Shown here piece by piece: positions 59,940 to 64,000 of a stretch of 64,000 bases of DNA. This DNA is from an archaeon (GTDB taxonomy: Archaea > Undinarchaeota > Undinarchaeia > Undinarchaeales > JBDRKL01). Under the pieces are notes generated by a model. The model saw only the letters and a program-made list of their open reading frames with translations. It was not told where the DNA came from and searched no databases. A program made the position numbers and the translations under genes. Location: positions 64,001 through 128,000 of the forward strand of contig JBDRKL010000010.1 of NCBI GenBank assembly GCA_043814055.1, read 5' to 3'. Within the stretch, counting starts at the first letter, position 1. Each line of letters begins with the position of its first letter.

Positions 59940-60542
59940 TTACCTCGCGCTCTGCGCCACTCGCTCAAGCTCGTCGCGCTTGCCGATTGAGTAGCACTTG
60001 TTGTCATAATTAGATGCAGCTATGATTTCCTCTGCCAAAGCAGATTCAAGTGTAGCCTTCTTTGAGAAAGACCTCTGAGCTGCGCCGTGCGTTACAAATT
60101 TCAATGCAATGTCCAATCGCCTTGCTGGCGCAACATCAACTGCCTTATGAACTATGATTCCACCCTGCCTGATTCTTGTGGTTTCTTCCCTTGGTGCTGC
60201 GTTCTCAATTGCCTGCACCAAGACCTGGACTGGATTCTGCTTTGTCCTCTTTTCTATAAGGTCAAACGCGCTCTCTATGCTCTTGTAGGTGCGCTGCTTC
60301 TTCCCAGAGTCTCGGCCACTGATTCTCTTGTGGACTCTTGTGTCCTTGATGTGACCTGTAACCATGAGGTTATTTACCAGGCGCTCAACAAGGTGGATCT
60401 TTGACTTGCCAAACTTCCTGGTCGCGCCGAGGCCGAAAGAATAAGGAAGCGCCTTGTTTGGCAGGTTTATGTAGCTTCGCAGCCCAACGTCTTTGATTAT
60501 GACACTTGCACAGTCCCATTTGTTGAATAATTTAACGTCCAT
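59940..60542 (-). CDS. rps7: 30S ribosomal protein S7
   Basis: 'ENAAPREE', 'ERVAQSAR'. Confidence 0.97.
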   Translation of the reverse strand: MDVKLFNKWDCASVIIKDVGLRSYINLPNKALPYSFGLGATRKFGKSKIHLVERLVNNLMVTGHIKDTRVHKRISGRDSGKKQRTYKSIESAFDLIEKRTKQNPVQVLVQAIENAAPREETTRIRQGGIIVHKAVDVAPARRLDIALKFVTHGAAQRSFSKKATLESALAEEIIAASNYDNKCYSIGKRDELERVAQSAR

Positions 60543-60546
60543 ATGT

Positions 60547-60984
60547 TTATTTCACCGGTTTTTCTTTTTTGCCCCGAACCATCTGATTCAGGCTTGTCCC
60601 CTTGACTTTCGTGACCTTGAAACGGACACCAGGAATATCACCCATTGACTTGCCGCGCGGACCGCCAATTCCTGCTATCTCAACCTCGTCGTGCTCGTCA
60701 ATGAAACTTATGGCGTTGTTGCCAGGCGCAAACGCTGTAACCATCCTGCCACTCTTGATAAGCTGAACCCTGACACACTTCCTAATACCTGAGTTCGGCT
60801 GTTTTGCTTCAAGCCCGACCTTCTCAAGAACAATCCCGCGGGCCATTGGAGCGCCTCCGAGCGGGGATGACTTGATGTTAAGCTTAAGGGCACGCCTCTT
60901 GTAATCCATGTCGTGCCATCTAAAGGTCTTGCGCCTTTCTTCAAGTTTTCGTGCTGTAAACAGCCCCTTGGGTTTATTTGCCAT
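60547..60984 (-). CDS. rps12: 30S ribosomal protein S12
   Basis: '[11 protein letters not shown]', 'GDIPGVRF'. Confidence 0.98.
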   Translation of the reverse strand: MANKPKGLFTARKLEERRKTFRWHDMDYKRRALKLNIKSSPLGGAPMARGIVLEKVGLEAKQPNSGIRKCVRVQLIKSGRMVTAFAPGNNAISFIDEHDEVEIAGIGGPRGKSMGDIPGVRFKVTKVKGTSLNQMVRGKKEKPVK

Positions 60985-60988
60985 TTTA

Positions 60989-61411
60989 TTACTTTATTAT
61001 TACCTCACTTATATTGTGGTGCCTCTTTAGTAGATCTTTTAGTATTTGAACCTTTTTCCCGCCCTTCCCGAGCACTGCGCCGCGGGATTTGAAGTCAACC
61101 TCTATTTGAATTGAGGTTAAACCAGAATCCTCCGTCTTTGTGACAGTCTTTTGCGCGATTGTGCTGAGCATGTTGCTCACGAACTTAACAGGGTCAGTTG
61201 AAAATTCAATGAGCTGTACTCTCTTGCCGAGCGCGGCATTGAGCTTTTTAACATTCACGCCGTTCTTGCCTATTGCCTTGCCGAGCTGACCCTCTTTCAC
61301 GACGAACATTATTGTATCCTCGTTTGCTATGCAGTCCTTGACCTCAACACCGGTTGTGCTTTCAAGAGCAGCAATGTAACGCAGTGAATCCATGTTCAAC
61401 TTTATCGTCAT
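60989..61411 (-). CDS. nusA: Archaeal NusA (KH domain)
   Basis: 'AIGKNG' and 'LGKGG' KH loops; operon position. Confidence 0.92.
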   Translation of the reverse strand: MTIKLNMDSLRYIAALESTTGVEVKDCIANEDTIMFVVKEGQLGKAIGKNGVNVKKLNAALGKRVQLIEFSTDPVKFVSNMLSTIAQKTVTKTEDSGLTSIQIEVDFKSRGAVLGKGGKKVQILKDLLKRHHNISEVIIK

Positions 61412-61683
61412 TTGCTTTTTGTTTCCTCTTTAAGCACAACAAGTGAAGATACTGGAAAAGGTTTTTTGCACAATGCCCCAAGGCTTTTTGAATCGCCCTT
61501 GAATTCAAAGAGTTCTGTACCGGAGCTCTCTGAGTACGCCCTGAGTTTCTCAAGGTTTGGGCAATTGCTTGCCGCGACTATGAATTTTGGGTTTCCCTGC
61601 TTGATTGCGCGGAGAGTTTCATCACTGCCGAAAACAGTTGTTCCACCCTGCACTATTTTTGGAAGTTCTTTTACTATGTCCAT
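61408..61683 (-). CDS. rpl30e: 50S ribosomal protein L30e
   Basis: 'ASNCP', 'LGALCKKPF'. Confidence 0.93.
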   Translation of the reverse strand: MDIVKELPKIVQGGTTVFGSDETLRAIKQGNPKFIVAASNCPNLEKLRAYSESSGTELFEFKGDSKSLGALCKKPFPVSSLVVLKEETKSK

Positions 61684-62828
61684 TATTTCTTCTTCACTAT
61701 GCTCCTATTGAGCACCAGTTCAGGCACTCCTGTGCCCAAGTTAATTACCTGCCCAACTATGATATTTTCAACAACCCCATTGAGCTCGTCTGACTCACCA
61801 TACGCTGCAGCCCTGAGAAGGTGCTTTACGGTTTCCTCAAAACTTGCCCTTGCGAGTATGGATGCCTTGTTCCCGGAAACCCCGTGCCTGCCGATTGCTT
61901 TTACCAGACCATCTGCACACATCGTGTCTGCCACGAGCGTCACGTGCCTTACGTCAACACTCAAGCCAGCCTCTTTTAGAGTTTCAAGTGTTTCATCAAC
62001 AAGAAGATTTCTTGCAGCTTCAACACCAAGCACACGCTCAGTTTCCATTATGTCATTTGTGCGGGTCCTCTTAACGTCAACTTCCTTGACCAGCAACATA
62101 TCCTTCAGATTTGTCCCCTTGGTGTAGAGCACGTATCGGTGGTCCTCCTTCTGGATAACCACGTAACTTACGCCCTTGACACCTGAGACGTGAACCTGCT
62201 GGATTTCTTCCCTGAGCTTCTGAAGCGCTGAAGCGCTGCGCTTTGGCGCTTTTATGATTATTTTGTCCTTGACCACGGCTGCCTTGTCGGCGAACTTCTC
62301 TTCCAGTATCTTGCTGAGATTCTTGGAGGTAACACCACGCTCGCTGAGTTTTTTCACGTCAAGAGTGATTGTAAGCTCAAACTTAGCGAAGTTTGATTCC
62401 ATCTCTTTCATAACGTGCTTGATATTAGTTTCTTTTATGTGGTTTGCAAGCTTTTCCGCTTTCTCCGCAGTATTGTACTCGCTCTTCAGGAACACAGACA
62501 TCATTGGAGTCTTTGGAGTTTTCCTTGCGTCAAAAATTTCAATAAGCCTTGGAAGACCCCGCGTAACGTCCATTGCAGTTCCTGCGTAGTGCTTGGTTCG
62601 CATCATCATCTGGGTGCCTGGCTCGCCGATTGATTGTGCTGCAACAACGCCAACCCCTTCACCTGGCTCAACCTTTGCCTTTCCATAAACCTCAATTAGC
62701 TTGTCTAGGACTGGCTCAATATACTTCTTCTCTACTTTTGCGCGCTTGATTTGTATCTCTATTTCATTAACTAAGTTTGAGGGAAATTCAGCCCCTTTCT
62801 TTTCCAAGAGAATTTTTATGTCACTCAT
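61683..62828 (-). CDS. rpo1C: RNA polymerase subunit A'' (Rpo1C)
   Basis: '[12 protein letters not shown]', 'GLPRLIE', 'ASFEET'. Confidence 0.97.
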   Translation of the reverse strand: MSDIKILLEKKGAEFPSNLVNEIEIQIKRAKVEKKYIEPVLDKLIEVYGKAKVEPGEGVGVVAAQSIGEPGTQMMMRTKHYAGTAMDVTRGLPRLIEIFDARKTPKTPMMSVFLKSEYNTAEKAEKLANHIKETNIKHVMKEMESNFAKFELTITLDVKKLSERGVTSKNLSKILEEKFADKAAVVKDKIIIKAPKRSASALQKLREEIQQVHVSGVKGVSYVVIQKEDHRYVLYTKGTNLKDMLLVKEVDVKRTRTNDIMETERVLGVEAARNLLVDETLETLKEAGLSVDVRHVTLVADTMCADGLVKAIGRHGVSGNKASILARASFEETVKHLLRAAAYGESDELNGVVENIIVGQVINLGTGVPELVLNRSIVKKK

Positions 62829-64000
62829 TTTGAGCCCTTCCTAAGGGTGACGTCTTTTATTACTTTCTTGATATTAACACCCTTTCCGTGATCAGACTTT
62901 GCAGGGTCAATTCCATCGTCACCATACTTGAACTGAATGATAATCCCGCGCCCGTCCTTTACGGTTTCATTATAATCAACCATTATGTCCTGCAGCGCGT
63001 TCACGAGACGCCTCTGTAGATAACCTGATTTTGGCGTTCGCATTGCCGTGTCTGTTAGAGATTCGCGGCCACCCATTGCGTGGAGGAAGAATTCAACTGG
63101 GTCCATTCCGCCCTTGTAACTGTTGCTAACGAAACCTCTAGACTTTGCACCAAGGTCGCCTTCCTTAAAGTGCGGTAATGTTCTTCCGTGATAACCACGC
63201 AAGATACGCTTGCCACGCACAGCCTGCTGACCAATGCACGCAGACATTTGAGTAATGTTAAGTGTACTTCCCCTTGCCCCTGTCTTTGCCATCACAAGCG
63301 CTGCGTTTTCTTTCTTCAGGTGTGCGCCTGCCATTTCTCCAGCCTTGTTCCTGCCGTTGTTTAGCTCAAGCATTATTAGCTCTTCAAGAGTATCAGTAAC
63401 TGTTTTGCCCTTTGATGGCTGTAGCTTGCCTGCCCTGTACTTTTCAACCAGTTCGTCAACTTTACCCCGTGCCTTTTCCAGAACCTTTGCAATTTCAGCA
63501 CGAACCTCGCGAGGCAGATGCTCATCGTCCAGCCCAGTTGTGAAACCAACCAAATCAAGATATGCGATTCCCAGCTTTGTTATGCCGTCAAGGAAATCCT
63601 TGACCTTTGCTGGTCCGTGCTTCCTTAGTATTTCGTCAACCAAGCGGCCAGACATTGCGCCGATTGCGCGCTCATCAATTATTCCAGACAGCAGTTCGCC
63701 GTCCCGAATCAGCACATATTCGTTATACTTGCACTTTGACTTTATACAATCCCCGCACTTGCGGCACATCTTTGACTTGAAACCGATTGAGAGGTCATCT
63801 GGGAGGAATATTGAGAATATCTGCTTGCCATCAATCATTCCCTTCTTTGACTTTGGCAATAGACCGTCATAGTTTGCCCTCGCAAGTATGTTCGCTGCTT
63901 CCCTCTCAGTGAACGTGGATGAGGTCAAGAAGTACAAACCGGAAATGTGGTCGTGAATAGCGCCTATGATTGGACCAGTAAACCTTGGTGAGCGAATCTG
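62825..64000 (-). CDS. rpo1N: RNA polymerase subunit A' (Rpo1N), C-terminal part
   Basis: 'GARG', '[19 protein letters not shown]' bridge helix; frame runs off the window. Confidence 0.96.
   Translation of the reverse strand, partial: QIRSPRFTGPIIGAIHDHISGLYFLTSSTFTEREAANILARANYDGLLPKSKKGMIDGKQIFSIFLPDDLSIGFKSKMCRKCGDCIKSKCKYNEYVLIRDGELLSGIIDERAIGAMSGRLVDEILRKHGPAKVKDFLDGITKLGIAYLDLVGFTTGLDDEHLPREVRAEIAKVLEKARGKVDELVEKYRAGKLQPSKGKTVTDTLEELIMLELNNGRNKAGEMAGAHLKKENAALVMAKTGARGSTLNITQMSACIGQQAVRGKRILRGYHGRTLPHFKEGDLGAKSRGFVSNSYKGGMDPVEFFLHAMGGRESLTDTAMRTPKSGYLQRRLVNALQDIMVDYNETVKDGRGIIIQFKYGDDGIDPAKSDHGKGVNIKKVIKDVTLRKGSK

Noticed and set aside
56078-63872. Many plus-strand ORFs of 60-210 aa
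   Set aside because: Antisense shadows of highly conserved minus-strand genes

Overview
Archaeal chromosomal window, probably from a DPANN-type lineage (inferred from gene content and compact operons, not proven). It has split RNAP A'/A'', aEF-1A/aEF-2, aRF1, L18e/L30e/P1-P2 and intron-containing tRNAs. The content is mostly housekeeping: valS-csaA-aRF1, bacterial-type metK and metG, proS, nadK-nnrD, mre11-permease-rad50, class III RNR, r-protein/RNAP/elongation factor operons and five tRNAs (Ala, Ile, Leu, Pro, Ser). The most striking observations are: (1) an unannotated 9-codon upstream ORF, MSNSSVVVV, before valS, with a TATA box, pairing partners and a U-rich tail, which looks like a valine-sensing leader-peptide attenuator in an archaeon; (2) a coupled operon of membrane protein, TPR, NurA, unknown, HerA with Zn finger and unknown; (3) an NrdD with an N-terminal winged-HTH plus ATP cone; (4) a MetRS fused to a B3/B4 editing-like domain; (5) a modular family of palindromic repeats and tRNA-end copies clustered around four of the five tRNA genes. 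No CRISPR array, integrase or transposase was seen. All protein calls come from motif recognition by eye, not database searches.
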